NCBI GenBank assembly: GCA_027483765.1
Contig: JAIXTW010000005.1
Span: 11,821 to 75,820 of the forward strand
DNA: 64,000 bases
Origin: Streptomycetaceae bacterium
GTDB lineage: Bacteria; Actinomycetota; Actinomycetes; Nanopelagicales; Nanopelagicaceae
Reading direction: 5' to 3'
The position numbers and the translations under genes are program-made. Position 1 is the first letter of the stretch; the number at the start of each line of letters is the position of its first letter. The notes below the pieces were generated by a model. That model was given only the letters and a program-made list of their open reading frames with translations, was not told the origin of the DNA and did not search any database. This document shows, one piece after another, positions 49,889-60,945 of the stretch.

Positions 49889-50761
49889 TTATTCGAATTG
49901 GCCTGCAAAGCCAAATGGTGTTGCAACTCCGAGTGAACCATCGGCATACACCGCAGAGACACGGAATGATGTTGATCCTTCAGTAGAAGTCTTAGCAAAT
50001 TCTGCTGCAAATGTTGTTGCAGAAACTTCAGAGACAACTTTCCAATCGCCGAGGTTTGCTCGGGTCTCTACTGAGTAACCAGTAACGTCGCCAGCTGGAG
50101 CTTTCCAAGTAATGACCATCACTGATTTGGAACTATCTTTCCAGTTTCCAATAAAGCGAGTTGGTGCTTCACCGGTTGTATTGGCAGGCACTGCAGTAGC
50201 TGGAGTTTCTTCAACCATTGCTGGTTCTGAGACTTCTGGTGCCGCTGACTCTGTTGCGACAGGCGCAGGAGTTGATGCTTCATCACTATCTTTACCTGAA
50301 TTTGTCACGATAATCGCGCCAATTAACAGGATTCCTAGCAGGACTGCAAAGAGAACCTTCGATGAGGATTTGCTACTCGCTGGCTTTGAAGATTCAGCAG
50401 CCTTAGTAACCGCAGCTGAAGTACGTGGCGCAGCAGGTGCTGGAGTAGTTGAAACGTTGACGCGAGCTCCACCAATTGCTGGAACTGGAGGGATAACAAC
50501 CTGCGATGCAACTTTCTTACGTGCAGCAGACTTCTTTACCGCCTTCTTCGCTGTACTTTTCTTGGCAGTTGTTTTCTTGGCAGTTGTTTTCTTGGCAGTT
50601 GTTTTCTTGGCAACTTTCTTCGTTGCGCTCTTCTTTACTACTGCCTTCTTAGCTGTTTTCTTAGCGCTCGACTTCTTTACAACTTTCTTCGCCGCACTCT
50701 TCTTAGCGGTTGTCTTCTTTGGAGCAGCTTTCTTTGCCGCTGACTTCTTCTTTACTGCCAC
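49889..50761 (-). CDS. Single-pass membrane protein with a histone-H1-like Lys/Ala N-terminus and a C-terminal FN3-like domain
   Basis: About 85 aa of KK(S/T)(T/A)A repeats, TM VLFAVLLGILLIGAIIV, Pro/Glu/Thr linker, ITWKAP...GYSVE...SFRVSAV; AGGAG RBS. Confidence 0.8.
   Translation of the reverse strand: MAVKKKSAAKKAAPKKTTAKKSAAKKVVKKSSAKKTAKKAVVKKSATKKVAKKTTAKKTTAKKTTAKKSTAKKAVKKSAARKKVASQVVIPPVPAIGGARVNVSTTPAPAAPRTSAAVTKAAESSKPASSKSSSKVLFAVLLGILLIGAIIVTNSGKDSDEASTPAPVATESAAPEVSEPAMVEETPATAVPANTTGEAPTRFIGNWKDSSKSVMVITWKAPAGDVTGYSVETRANLGDWKVVSEVSATTFAAEFAKTSTEGSTSFRVSAVYADGSLGVATPFGFAGQFE
50557..50612. repeat. 15-bp coding tandem repeat TTTTCTTGGCAGTTG x3.7 (TTAKK units)
   Basis: Read directly in the sequence. 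Confidence 0.88.
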
Positions 50762-50811
50762 AGTTATCTCCTAGATGTTTGGACTTCAAAGGTGGTGGGT
50801 ATGGTCAAAGT

Positions 50812-51429
50812 TTAGCCCAGGCTTTTGAGCAAATTGATCACATGCGGTGCGATGGCTCGAAGCGATTTCCCCCGATGACTTATTGCATCCTTGGCAGCTG
50901 CGCTCATTTGCGCACTTGATTCGCTCAAACCATGCGGTGAGAAAATGGGGTCATATCCGAATCCGTTATCACCCACTGGTGCACGTAAAATGGAGCCAAA
51001 AAAGTGCGCCTCCTCGCAGTGGCTTCGACCATCCGGCAGGTAGAGCGCAGCGACACAGGTGAAGTGAGCCCCGCGCGCTTCATCAGGAACATCGCGTAAT
51101 TGATCAAGTACTTTCTGCGTATTTGCAGCATCATCACCGTGAGTTCCTGCCCATCGTGCTGAAAATATTCCTGGGTCACCATTTAAATAATCAATACAGA
51201 GTCCACTGTCATCAGCAATTGCCGGCAATCCGGTTGCAAGGGACATTTCACGCGCTTTCTTCAGCGCATTCTCTTCAAAGGTTGCGCCATCTTCAATGAC
51301 ATCATGCAGATCTTGGAATTGATCTAGTCCTACAAGGTTTATCACTCCAGGTGCAACGGCATCAAGAATTCTACGAAACTCTTCTATCTTTCCCTTATTG
51401 CGAGTAGCGAGTAATAGCGTGTGTGACAT
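50812..51429 (-). CDS. rdgB: dITP/XTP pyrophosphatase (RdgB/HAM1)
   Basis: ATRNKGK, FEENALKKA, ADDSGL, GFGYDPIF, SHRG. Confidence 0.96.
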   Translation of the reverse strand: MSHTLLLATRNKGKIEEFRRILDAVAPGVINLVGLDQFQDLHDVIEDGATFEENALKKAREMSLATGLPAIADDSGLCIDYLNGDPGIFSARWAGTHGDDAANTQKVLDQLRDVPDEARGAHFTCVAALYLPDGRSHCEEAHFFGSILRAPVGDNGFGYDPIFSPHGLSESSAQMSAAAKDAISHRGKSLRAIAPHVINLLKSLG

Positions 51430-52155
51430 TTAACGAGCGAGAGCTTGTTTCTGCAACGCAGTAAGTTCAGCGCACCCAGCCACTGCCAGATTAAGAAGTG
51501 AATCAAGGAGTGCGCGATCAAATGGTGCACCTTCTGCAGTTCCTTGCACTTCGATGAAACGTCCATCGCCTGCGCACACAACATTCATATCTGTCTCTGC
51601 CCGCACATCTTCTTCGTAACAGAGATCGAGCATAGGAACACCATCAATAATTCCAACGCTGACCGCAGCCACGGAATCTGCCAGCGGTTTTGCACTTGCC
51701 TTCACATGTCCCTCTTTCTGGGCCCATGCAATGGCATCGGCTAGCGCCACATATGCGCCAGTAATTGCAGCAGTGCGAGTTCCACCATCGGCTTGCAAAA
51801 CATCGCAATCGATCACGATTGTGTTTTCGCCGAGCTCTTTCATATCAACGATTCCACGTAGTGAACGACCGATGAGTCGGGAGATCTCTTGGGTACGACC
51901 GCCCAGCTTTCCCTTTACGCTCTCGCGATCTGAACGCGTATGTGTTGCTCGTGGCAACATTGAATATTCAGAAGTTACCCATCCATTTCCGGAATCCTTT
52001 AACCAGCGAGGCACGCCAGGAGTAAATGATGCAACGCAAAGGACACGAGTCTTTCCGAACTCGACAAGGACGGAACCTTCGGCATGATCTAACCAACCGC
52101 GAGTGATCTTGATTTCGCGGAGTTGATCTACTGTGCGAGCATCGTTACGTGCCAT
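51430..52155 (-). CDS. rph: Ribonuclease PH
   Basis: [37 protein letters not shown]. Confidence 0.98.
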   Translation of the reverse strand: MARNDARTVDQLREIKITRGWLDHAEGSVLVEFGKTRVLCVASFTPGVPRWLKDSGNGWVTSEYSMLPRATHTRSDRESVKGKLGGRTQEISRLIGRSLRGIVDMKELGENTIVIDCDVLQADGGTRTAAITGAYVALADAIAWAQKEGHVKASAKPLADSVAAVSVGIIDGVPMLDLCYEEDVRAETDMNVVCAGDGRFIEVQGTAEGAPFDRALLDSLLNLAVAGCAELTALQKQALAR

Positions 52156-52211
52156 TACATTCCTCGTTCTCTTCTAGGTGTACGGGTAAACAGTGATTTT
52201 GACCTTTGTTC

Positions 52212-53009
52212 TTATAACTCTTGGTGCTGAACAGAACCAACTTCTGGACCTAGGAAACGTCGTGCAAGAGACTCAAATGCCTGGGCATCGCCGGTAGCTA
52301 AGAACTTATGAGTGGGTGCCTGAGCAGAGCTACTTCGTAGCAAATCATTTTCAACCAATACCCGATACAAGTCTTTTGCCGTTTCTTCCGCACTTGAAAC
52401 GAGTGAAACACCATTTCCCATGACATAGGAAATAACGCCAGTAAGCAGTGGGTAGTGGGTGCAACCTAAAACCAAGGTATCTATATCGGCATCAATCATC
52501 GGCTTGAGATATTCGCGCGCAACTTTTGTAATTGCCTCCCCCGACGTTTCTCCGCGTTCAACAAATTCAACAAAGAGCGGGCAGGCGATAGATTCAATGC
52601 TTAACTGGGGCGCCGCAGCGAATGCATCGAGGTATGCCCTTGATTCAATTGTCGCTCGCGTACCAATCACTCCGACTCGGCCAGAACGGGTAGCTGCAAC
52701 CGCGCGACGAACAGCAGGTTGAATTACCTCAATTACAGGAATGGAATATCGCTCTCGAGCATCGCGCAACATTGCCGCACTTGCTGTGTTACATGCAATA
52801 ACGAGTGCTTTGACACCTTGCTCCACCAAAAAATCTAAAGTCTCTAATGAGAAGTCGCGAACTTCTGCCAGTGGCCTTGGTCCATACGGTCCTCGCGCAG
52901 TGTCGCCGATGTATAACGTTGATTCATTTGGCAGCTGATCAAGAATCGCTCGCGCTACCGTTAATCCGCCGACGCCTGAATCGAAGATACCGATTGGCGC
53001 AGAACTCAT
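52212..53009 (-). CDS. murI: Glutamate racemase
   Basis: FDSGVGG, PYG, ACNTAS, LGCTHYP. Confidence 0.97.
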   Translation of the reverse strand: MSSAPIGIFDSGVGGLTVARAILDQLPNESTLYIGDTARGPYGPRPLAEVRDFSLETLDFLVEQGVKALVIACNTASAAMLRDARERYSIPVIEVIQPAVRRAVAATRSGRVGVIGTRATIESRAYLDAFAAAPQLSIESIACPLFVEFVERGETSGEAITKVAREYLKPMIDADIDTLVLGCTHYPLLTGVISYVMGNGVSLVSSAEETAKDLYRVLVENDLLRSSSAQAPTHKFLATGDAQAFESLARRFLGPEVGSVQHQEL

Positions 53010-53035
53010 GAGCAGAGTCTAACCGCGAGTGCGGG

Positions 53036-54261
<1,226 letters not shown>

Positions 54262-54293
54262 GGTGCAATTATGTCGAAAAATCGACGCTATCT

Positions 54294-54710
54294 CTAATCG
54301 AGAATAGTGACCGGTTCTTCTGTGACGACCCCATCGACGATGCGATATGAACGGAATTCTGGAGTTGTTGCAATCTCTTTGCGGGTAGAGACCAAGACGT
54401 AATGCGCGCCTGGCTCACCGGCATAGGCGATATCTGTTCTAGATGGATATGCCTCGGTCTCTGTATGTGAGTGATAAATAACGACAATCTCCTCATCGTT
54501 ATCATCAACTTCGCGATAGAGCTTCAGGAGATCTTTTGGATCAAATTCATAAAATGTTGGTGAATGCGCTGCGTTGATCATGGGTTTATGTCGAACTGCT
54601 TTGCCGGAACCTATGGGTCCGAGAATTACGCCGCAGCACTCGTCTGGATACTCAGCTCGTGATTGCTCAAGAATCGCTTCCACCATGGTGCGAGAGATTT
54701 CCAGAGTCAT
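54294..54710 (-). CDS. mec: JAB/MPN (M67) metallopeptidase, Mec-like
   Basis: ECCG, YHSH.....YPS.TD. Confidence 0.9.
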   Translation of the reverse strand: MTLEISRTMVEAILEQSRAEYPDECCGVILGPIGSGKAVRHKPMINAAHSPTFYEFDPKDLLKLYREVDDNDEEIVVIYHSHTETEAYPSRTDIAYAGEPGAHYVLVSTRKEIATTPEFRSYRIVDGVVTEEPVTILD

Positions 54711-54734
54711 GTCTTAATCGTACAAGATTAAATC

Positions 54735-55325
54735 TTATGAATTACCTAGCTGAGATTCTTCGTCCTCATCGGCATCATCAATAAGCGCCGAGAGTAGGGT
54801 TTCTTGCAACCAACCTAGCCATGTGTAGACCGCATAAACACCACGAAGCGGGTCATCGGGTGAAAGAATTTCCAGGTGCTCATGTGAATTGTTCTCTACT
54901 TTTAGGCGCACGCCGAGAGCTAAGCGAATATCGTTAATCGCGCCCAACCAAGCATTTGCATTGTCGTGATCTAAATCAACGGTGCCATCAGTAGAAGCTT
55001 TCAAATGGATTCGCATGGCGATTGCATGTGCCTGCTTTTTTGAGCGAAGAGTTGATTCGGTATACCTACGAAACTCTGATGCATCTACAGAATCAGCATA
55101 AGCATTTGGCAAGAGTCGATGCAGGACATCATCTTCCGGTGGCGAATCGTGAGAAGTGATGCCAACCATTGCAGCCAGCGGATCATCATTTCCGTGATCA
55201 GTGCGCTCGGCTAGTAGTTCAATGATCTGCTGGCAGAGGTTAAGCAGCACTTCCTTCTCGCTATCGGCAAACTGTGCGACATAAGAATGATCTCCATGTC
55301 GACGAAACCCCTCAGTGGAGCTCAC
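54735..55325 (-). CDS. DUF2017 family protein
   Basis: [42 protein letters not shown]; follows clpS. Confidence 0.9.
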   Translation of the reverse strand: MSSTEGFRRHGDHSYVAQFADSEKEVLLNLCQQIIELLAERTDHGNDDPLAAMVGITSHDSPPEDDVLHRLLPNAYADSVDASEFRRYTESTLRSKKQAHAIAMRIHLKASTDGTVDLDHDNANAWLGAINDIRLALGVRLKVENNSHEHLEILSPDDPLRGVYAVYTWLGWLQETLLSALIDDADEDEESQLGNS

Positions 55326-55618
55326 AGTTGATCACCACGTTGAACAGTTGCCCACAGTCCATATTCATGGAGTCGGGCAACATCATGTTCCATCTCTTCC
55401 CGACTTCCAGTTGAAACTATTGCTTTTCCTTCATTATGGACCTGCATCATCAGCTCCGTTGCGCGAGCTTTTGAATACCCAAAAAGTTCCATAAAAACAT
55501 AGACCACATACGTTTGAAGATTTACAGGGTCATCCCAGACAATAGTTACCCACGGTGTATCACTAGAGAAGATTGCTCTAATCTCTTCTTCGATTTTATC
55601 TGCGGTTTTCACCATCAC
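55322..55618 (-). CDS. clpS: ATP-dependent Clp protease adaptor ClpS
   Basis: [23 protein letters not shown]; alternative start ATG 55615. Confidence 0.95.
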   Translation of the reverse strand: MMVKTADKIEEEIRAIFSSDTPWVTIVWDDPVNLQTYVVYVFMELFGYSKARATELMMQVHNEGKAIVSTGSREEMEHDVARLHEYGLWATVQRGDQL

Positions 55619-57387
55619 CGGATAATGATATTAAATGTCTGGCCCGTTAAGGCGCTCCAGGTGGTATCTGCGCTCACAACTGTTCGTAATGTGAGCACAC
55701 TTCGACTCTGTACTGGAAGTGTAAACACGAAGTTACCTTGGGCATCAGTAGTAACTGGTTCCACGATGGCGCTCCACTGTTTTCCAACTAGTTTTTCAAG
55801 TGAGACCGCTACATCTGCGGTGCGAGGAATGAGATGGCCAGAAATCTGGAATTGCGTTGCAGACTTCACATTTGTAGGGGCGGTGATATTAAGCGCTCTG
55901 CTAATGGTGATGGGGAATTCAGCAGAGACTCCTTCAGTTCTCTCCCATGAAGGTTCAGAATAGATTCGGATCGCTGTTGATTTACCAAGAACTATCGTCT
56001 TCTCGATTTTTCCATCTGAGTTGGTGATTGCGCTAGCCAGTGTGCGCCAGGTGCTTTCGCCGGCAGATTTTCCTTCGACTCTTACCGGCAAATTCACAAT
56101 CGGCGATTTATCTTTGATACTCAATTGTGCGCTGACTGTAAATGCAGATCCGTACGTCATCTCGCTCTTATCAACTGAGGCCACAACACTTACCTGATCT
56201 GGGGCGATCGCTTTCGCAACATTTCTGATTGATTCCATCGCCAGTGGCTCGCCCATGCCAAATGTCCAGGCAGTAATTCCACCAATTCGATATTTAGTAA
56301 CTAGTGCTGCGCGAAGCTCCCAACCGCGAGCATCTTGATACCACGCAGTGCGCGAGGCGGTACATGATGTAGCCAGGCCACCTGCCGTTGTTCCGTTATA
56401 AATCTTCTGATAAGTAAAGGTTGATTCACCAAACTGTTCGTTATAGGTAGGTGTTGCGCCATATGTTGCTGCCAGTGATTGCGCATTTCTCATCACAAAT
56501 GTTGCAGCTTTCGCTCCTACCTTCACTGATTTTGCTACGTTTGCTGGGCAGACTCCGGAAACCGAAGTTACCCAGTCGCGCCCGTAACCTGGAACACCAA
56601 CAAATACCTTCGATGCCGGCATAATCGAAATTGCATACTGCACAGTGCGCTCAGTCCAACTGATTGGGCCAATAGGCCCAACTTTGGCAACTGAATAGTC
56701 GTAGGTCATTATTCTTAACTTGTCGATAGATGGCGCGATCGCCTCCCATGCGTAAACGAAATAGCCTTTCTGTTTATCTGCAGGATTTAATACATATGGT
56801 GTTGATACCGAGAGCAGCTTCTTCTCTGCGCGTAGCGCAACGCTCAGTTCCTTGATGAATGCAACCCATAGTGGTGCGGTAGCTTTCCAGGTTGTGTTTT
56901 TATCAACAAATGCGAATCCCTCAAAATCAATATCAATGCCGTCATAGTTGTTAGTGCGTACTAAATTCACAATCACATTGACTACTTGCGTGCGTGATGT
57001 CGGACTCTTCAGTAACCCTGCGAGAACACCTTCACTGGTTCCATCGGTAATCGTCGGAATAATTTGAAGATTAGCGCTGCGAAGTGCATTCAATGGTTCT
57101 GAAATTGGAACGCTTGGATTTGCCGGTGCGTAAAGGTCGAGAATCTCGGGAGCTTTGGTCTTTCCGTTGTACTTAAGTGTGTACCAAAATGGCATCACTT
57201 CCTTGATGAGATCAGTGTTATTAAGGACATCAGGCAGTGCAGTCTTCATCGAATAATAAGGAATCCAGCCGGTAAGAATCTTGCGTGGGGTATTTTCTTC
57301 AGCGCGAGCAGCAGGTACGTGCAAAGCGCTGACTAGCAAGGAGATCAGCAGGGTTGCGCTTAGACCAACTCGCACGATTCTCTTCAT
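55615..57387 (-). CDS. Secreted GH18 family glycoside hydrolase with C-terminal Ig-like domains
   Basis: Signal peptide ending ARA|[10 protein letters not shown] catalytic motif, [15 protein letters not shown]. Confidence 0.88.
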   Translation of the reverse strand: MKRIVRVGLSATLLISLLVSALHVPAARAEENTPRKILTGWIPYYSMKTALPDVLNNTDLIKEVMPFWYTLKYNGKTKAPEILDLYAPANPSVPISEPLNALRSANLQIIPTITDGTSEGVLAGLLKSPTSRTQVVNVIVNLVRTNNYDGIDIDFEGFAFVDKNTTWKATAPLWVAFIKELSVALRAEKKLLSVSTPYVLNPADKQKGYFVYAWEAIAPSIDKLRIMTYDYSVAKVGPIGPISWTERTVQYAISIMPASKVFVGVPGYGRDWVTSVSGVCPANVAKSVKVGAKAATFVMRNAQSLAATYGATPTYNEQFGESTFTYQKIYNGTTAGGLATSCTASRTAWYQDARGWELRAALVTKYRIGGITAWTFGMGEPLAMESIRNVAKAIAPDQVSVVASVDKSEMTYGSAFTVSAQLSIKDKSPIVNLPVRVEGKSAGESTWRTLASAITNSDGKIEKTIVLGKSTAIRIYSEPSWERTEGVSAEFPITISRALNITAPTNVKSATQFQISGHLIPRTADVAVSLEKLVGKQWSAIVEPVTTDAQGNFVFTLPVQSRSVLTLRTVVSADTTWSALTGQTFNIIIR

Positions 57388-57701
57388 ACTCTTTTTCCAA
57401 ATATAGTTTTCAGGCGATCCATCAATCTGCCACCGAACTCGCGATCAATCGACCAGGTATTGGTAAGAATAGAAGCTAGCGAAATAACTTTAGGAAAGAG
57501 TGGGATTGGGCTGAGAATAAACAGGGAGGAGACCAAGATTCCCAGTGCACCCACAAGAATGAGCACGATTCGACGAGCAATCTTTTCAGCTGGGTTCGCT
57601 GTGACTGACTGGGCGATCCGACTGGTGAGCAGTATCGAAACTGGACCGCTAAGTACGGTGATTAATAAGAGGATTGAGATAAAGAAGGCCAGTGACTCCA
57701 T
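57384..57701 (-). CDS. Small hypothetical membrane protein
   Basis: Three hydrophobic segments, GGAG RBS, ATGA coupling to the GH18 gene. Confidence 0.7.
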   Translation of the reverse strand: MESLAFFISILLLITVLSGPVSILLTSRIAQSVTANPAEKIARRIVLILVGALGILVSSLFILSPIPLFPKVISLASILTNTWSIDREFGGRLMDRLKTIFGKRV

Positions 57702-57703
57702 GC

Positions 57704-58270
57704 CTACCTCTCCCAAGTTGTATCAGTTGCTGCAAAGAGTGCCATATCAATCTGCCCGCGATCCTCGCGAGTGACTTTATTGCGCATGATTCCTTCTTTT
57801 TCAAAGCCGGCACTGAGCAATAGCTTCTGAGAATGATGATTATCGACATCGACCAGCGCCTCAATGCGTTTAAATCCGATTTCGTCGAACCCGAGTGCGG
57901 TAATCATTTTCGTAGCTTGCGTGCCAATTCCCTTACCGCGCTGGGATGCATCAATCCAATATCCAATTTCGGCGGTGTGGTTTCGGATATTTACCGAGTG
58001 AAGTGAAATCTCGCCCGCGAATTTCTTATCAGCGCCGTTTCCATAATCAATCACAAACAAAATCTCACGACGCTCTGCAAAAGCAAAGGGGGCGTTACGC
58101 ACAAATTCAATTGCGTGATCAAGTGTGTAGTTCGAGGGGACGGTGGTAAATGCTGGGATTAGTGGGTCCTGACAAGCCTGGAGAACCGCATCGATATCGT
58201 CTTCAGTGCTGGGGCGAAGTGTGATGAGCCCATGCGAGAGGGTGGGAATCTGCGCTGGCCACCAAATCAT
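57704..58270 (-). CDS. GNAT N-acetyltransferase (RimJ/RimL family)
   Basis: AEIGYW....RGKGIG, N..SQKLL..AGFEKEG. Confidence 0.92.
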   Translation of the reverse strand: MIWWPAQIPTLSHGLITLRPSTEDDIDAVLQACQDPLIPAFTTVPSNYTLDHAIEFVRNAPFAFAERREILFVIDYGNGADKKFAGEISLHSVNIRNHTAEIGYWIDASQRGKGIGTQATKMITALGFDEIGFKRIEALVDVDNHHSQKLLLSAGFEKEGIMRNKVTREDRGQIDMALFAATDTTWER

Positions 58271-58322
58271 TGCTCAATCTTATGGCAGAGCTAAGTCAAC
58301 GACGGGAGGTGCGGTTGAAGTG

Positions 58323-59246
58323 TTAGCCAATCAATTCTGAATCACGATGACGACTCTGGTCGTGGGTACAACTTAGGTTCGAAGGTAGTGCGGCGCAGTT
58401 ATCGCAGAGCAAAATCAACTGATGACATGTAGCCGTGCGACAATTACGGAAATCTTTTGTCGGTGCGGCGCACTTATCGCATTCACCAATCACCTTTGCC
58501 TTATCTGAAAAGTCCATAGAGATGCGATCATCGAAGACGTAGAGTGAACCTTCCCACGAAGCTTCATCGCCGAAACGATTGCCGTATTTCACAATGCCAC
58601 CATCTATTTGATAAACCTCGTTAAATCCTCGGTTCTTCATCACGACAGAGAGAATTTCGCAGCGAATGCCACCGGTGCAGTATGTAACGACTGGCTTATC
58701 TTTCAAGTGGTCGTACTTTCCGCTTTCAATCTCTTTCACGAAGTCTCGGGATGATTCCACATCTGGAACTACCGCATTTTTAAACTTTCCGATTTTTGCT
58801 TCATACGCATTGCGGCCATCGAAGAAGACCACCTCATCGCCGCGTTCCTTCACTAGTTCTTCTACTTGTTCTGGGCGAAGATGAATTCCACCGCCGATGA
58901 CGCCGTTTTCATCGACCTTAATTTCATCGGGGTTTCCAAATGCCACGAGTTCATCTTTGACGACAACGCGAAGTCGTGGAAATTCATTTCCAGTGCCGTC
59001 GGACCATTTAAAAGCAATTTTTTTGAAACCTTCATAGCGACGAGTTTCAGTGACATATTTCTTTACATCGGCCATTTTTCCGCCGACAGTTCCATTAATT
59101 CCATGGGGGGAAATCAAGATTCGCCCTTTGAGATTGAGGGATTCGCAGAGTTGTTTCTGCCAAAGGCGCATCGCCTCGGGATCCGCAACGGGAGTAAATC
59201 CGTAATACAGAACCACCTTATTGAGCTTAGGCGCATGTCTATTCAC
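58323..59246 (-). CDS. trhO: Rhodanese-domain tRNA uridine(34) hydroxylase (UPF0176)
   Basis: [42 protein letters not shown]-terminal Cys cluster. Confidence 0.92.
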   Translation of the reverse strand: MNRHAPKLNKVVLYYGFTPVADPEAMRLWQKQLCESLNLKGRILISPHGINGTVGGKMADVKKYVTETRRYEGFKKIAFKWSDGTGNEFPRLRVVVKDELVAFGNPDEIKVDENGVIGGGIHLRPEQVEELVKERGDEVVFFDGRNAYEAKIGKFKNAVVPDVESSRDFVKEIESGKYDHLKDKPVVTYCTGGIRCEILSVVMKNRGFNEVYQIDGGIVKYGNRFGDEASWEGSLYVFDDRISMDFSDKAKVIGECDKCAAPTKDFRNCRTATCHQLILLCDNCAALPSNLSCTHDQSRHRDSELIG

Positions 59247-59394
59247 GAGATTAGTCTAACTCGTGAACACTTAGTAATAAAAACGGCTATCCCGAGCGCT
59301 ACCAGTAACGCTCGAGAAAATACTTTTCCACAACTAACTTTCCTCGCGCCCAACTCCACCCCAAGTTGTCAGTGCATCACGCAAATATCTCGCT

Positions 59395-60813
59395 ATGACA
59401 ACAGCACGGCTTATTGATGTAGAGGTGCTCTCCGCCGCCATCGCTGATTTACTCTTCGCCACTCCAAGTGCAAACACTTTAGCCAAGCTTTCCGCAATTG
59501 ATCCATTTTCATTACCCGCGCCAGATCGTATTGATTATCTTTCTGCGCTAGAACGACAAGATGGCTGGCTCTTTGCGCTAAAACAACGCGCAATCACCGC
59601 AGTTGCTGGGGTGCAAGCTTCCGAAGGAGAGGGAGCAATCTTTGGCGTCGACGAAGCTGAGCGCGAAGATGTTTCGACCGCACTTCGACTTGCCCCAGCG
59701 ACAGCACAAATGCGGATCGATATCGCGCGTACATTGGTTAACAACTTACCCAATACCTGCTCTGCACTTGCTATCGGAGAAATCTCCTCGGCACATGCAA
59801 CAGTAATAGCGCGCGAAACTGCCTCAGCTATACGAGATGGAATGGCAGAGTCTGCAATCTTCGAGATTGAAGAGCGGGCCATTGCATTTGCTGAATTTCA
59901 TACTCCGGGCCAAGTCGCAAACCATGTCCGTAATGCAGTTGCTAAATATGCTCCTGAAGAATTCGAAGATATAACGCTGAGGGCACAATCCATGCGCCGC
60001 GTTAGTTGTTTTAACGATCCCGATGGTATGTCTACTGTAATTGCAATACTTCCGGCCGCAGATGCGCAAATGGTGATGAATTCGATTGAAGCTTTCATTC
60101 TTCGCGAGAATCAGAGAATTGAAAAAGAGGAAACAGAGACAGCCGGCCATGCTTTTGGAAGCAGTGCGTCAGGAAGCAGTGCGTCAGGAAGCAGTGCGTC
60201 AGGAAGCAGTGCGTCAAAGGGCGATGAGACCGAAGAGCGAAAGCGCACGAAAGATATGCGCAGAGCTGATGCGCTCTCTTCAATCTGTGCTGCCTACCTT
60301 GCTGACATCACTAAAGTTGTTGCACCGCATCGTCGTCCAGTAACAGTTAACGTCACAATCGATCTACCAACTCTCTTGGGGCTTGCCGAAAATCCAGGCC
60401 AACTTGCGGGATATGGTCCCATTCCCGCATCAATCGCCCGCGAATTAGCTTCAGATTCACAGTGGAAACGATTTATTACCGAACCACAAACTGGAAATCT
60501 CCTCGACTTCGGCCGCGAGAGTTACGAGCCTCCGCAACATCTCAAAGATTTTCTTATCGCCCGAGATCGGACGTGTCGATTCCCCGGTTGTCGAAGATCG
60601 GCGCTGCTTTCAGATCTCGATCATGCTCAGAGTTGGGAAACCGGCGGACTAACCTCGGCCGAAAACATCGGAGCGCTCTGCCGGCGACATCACCGGATGA
60701 AGACTCACGATGGCTGGACTGTAGAAAGTTTTCCCGATGGTTCATGTACCTGGCGCTCTCCTTTAGGCAAAGAGTTCTTCACTCCAGCCCGCTCCATGAA
60801 CGAGCCCGTCTGA
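59395..60813 (+). CDS. DUF222-HNH endonuclease (REP13E12-like family)
   Basis: Helical N-terminal region; RDRTCRFPGC..SDLDH....GGLT...N...LCRRHHRMKT. Confidence 0.9.
   Translation: MTTARLIDVEVLSAAIADLLFATPSANTLAKLSAIDPFSLPAPDRIDYLSALERQDGWLFALKQRAITAVAGVQASEGEGAIFGVDEAEREDVSTALRLAPATAQMRIDIARTLVNNLPNTCSALAIGEISSAHATVIARETASAIRDGMAESAIFEIEERAIAFAEFHTPGQVANHVRNAVAKYAPEEFEDITLRAQSMRRVSCFNDPDGMSTVIAILPAADAQMVMNSIEAFILRENQRIEKEETETAGHAFGSSASGSSASGSSASGSSASKGDETEERKRTKDMRRADALSSICAAYLADITKVVAPHRRPVTVNVTIDLPTLLGLAENPGQLAGYGPIPASIARELASDSQWKRFITEPQTGNLLDFGRESYEPPQHLKDFLIARDRTCRFPGCRRSALLSDLDHAQSWETGGLTSAENIGALCRRHHRMKTHDGWTVESFPDGSCTWRSPLGKEFFTPARSMNEPV
60157..60216 (+). repeat. Exact 15-bp coding repeat GGAAGCAGTGCGTCA x4 (GSSAS)
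   Basis: Read directly in the sequence. Confidence 0.97.
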
Positions 60814-60841
60814 TTTACCAGCCCGCTCCATGAACGAGCCC
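60784..60841. repeat. 24-bp direct repeat CCAGCCCGCTCCATGAACGAGCCC straddling the HNH stop codon
   Basis: Copies at 60784-60807 (coding) and 60818-60841 (intergenic). Confidence 0.95.
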
Positions 60842-60865
60842 AAGGTGCCCTCCTTGAGGTTGCAG

Positions 60866-60885
60866 GTAGTTGAAAGTTCAACTAC
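60866..60885. promoter_or_regulatory. Perfect palindrome GTAGTTGAA-ag-TTCAACTAC, candidate repressor operator for pirin
   Basis: 9-bp arms, AT-rich, 60 bp upstream of the pirin ATG, with no U-tract. Confidence 0.65.
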
Positions 60886-60945
60886 ATTAGGCGCATTGCG
60901 AGAATGAGCGTTTAGCATCCTTGCAGACATACCAGGGGAGCGAAA

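Noticed and set aside
50112-50774. 220-aa plus-strand ORF
   Set aside because: Antisense shadow of the low-complexity Lys/Ala gene.
58866-59417. 183-aa plus-strand ORF running into the HNH gene
   Set aside because: Antisense to trhO and in a different frame from the HNH gene; no evidence of a frameshift fusion.
60157-60216. Possible CRISPR or mini-array inside the HNH gene
   Set aside because: It is an in-frame coding tandem repeat without spacers.
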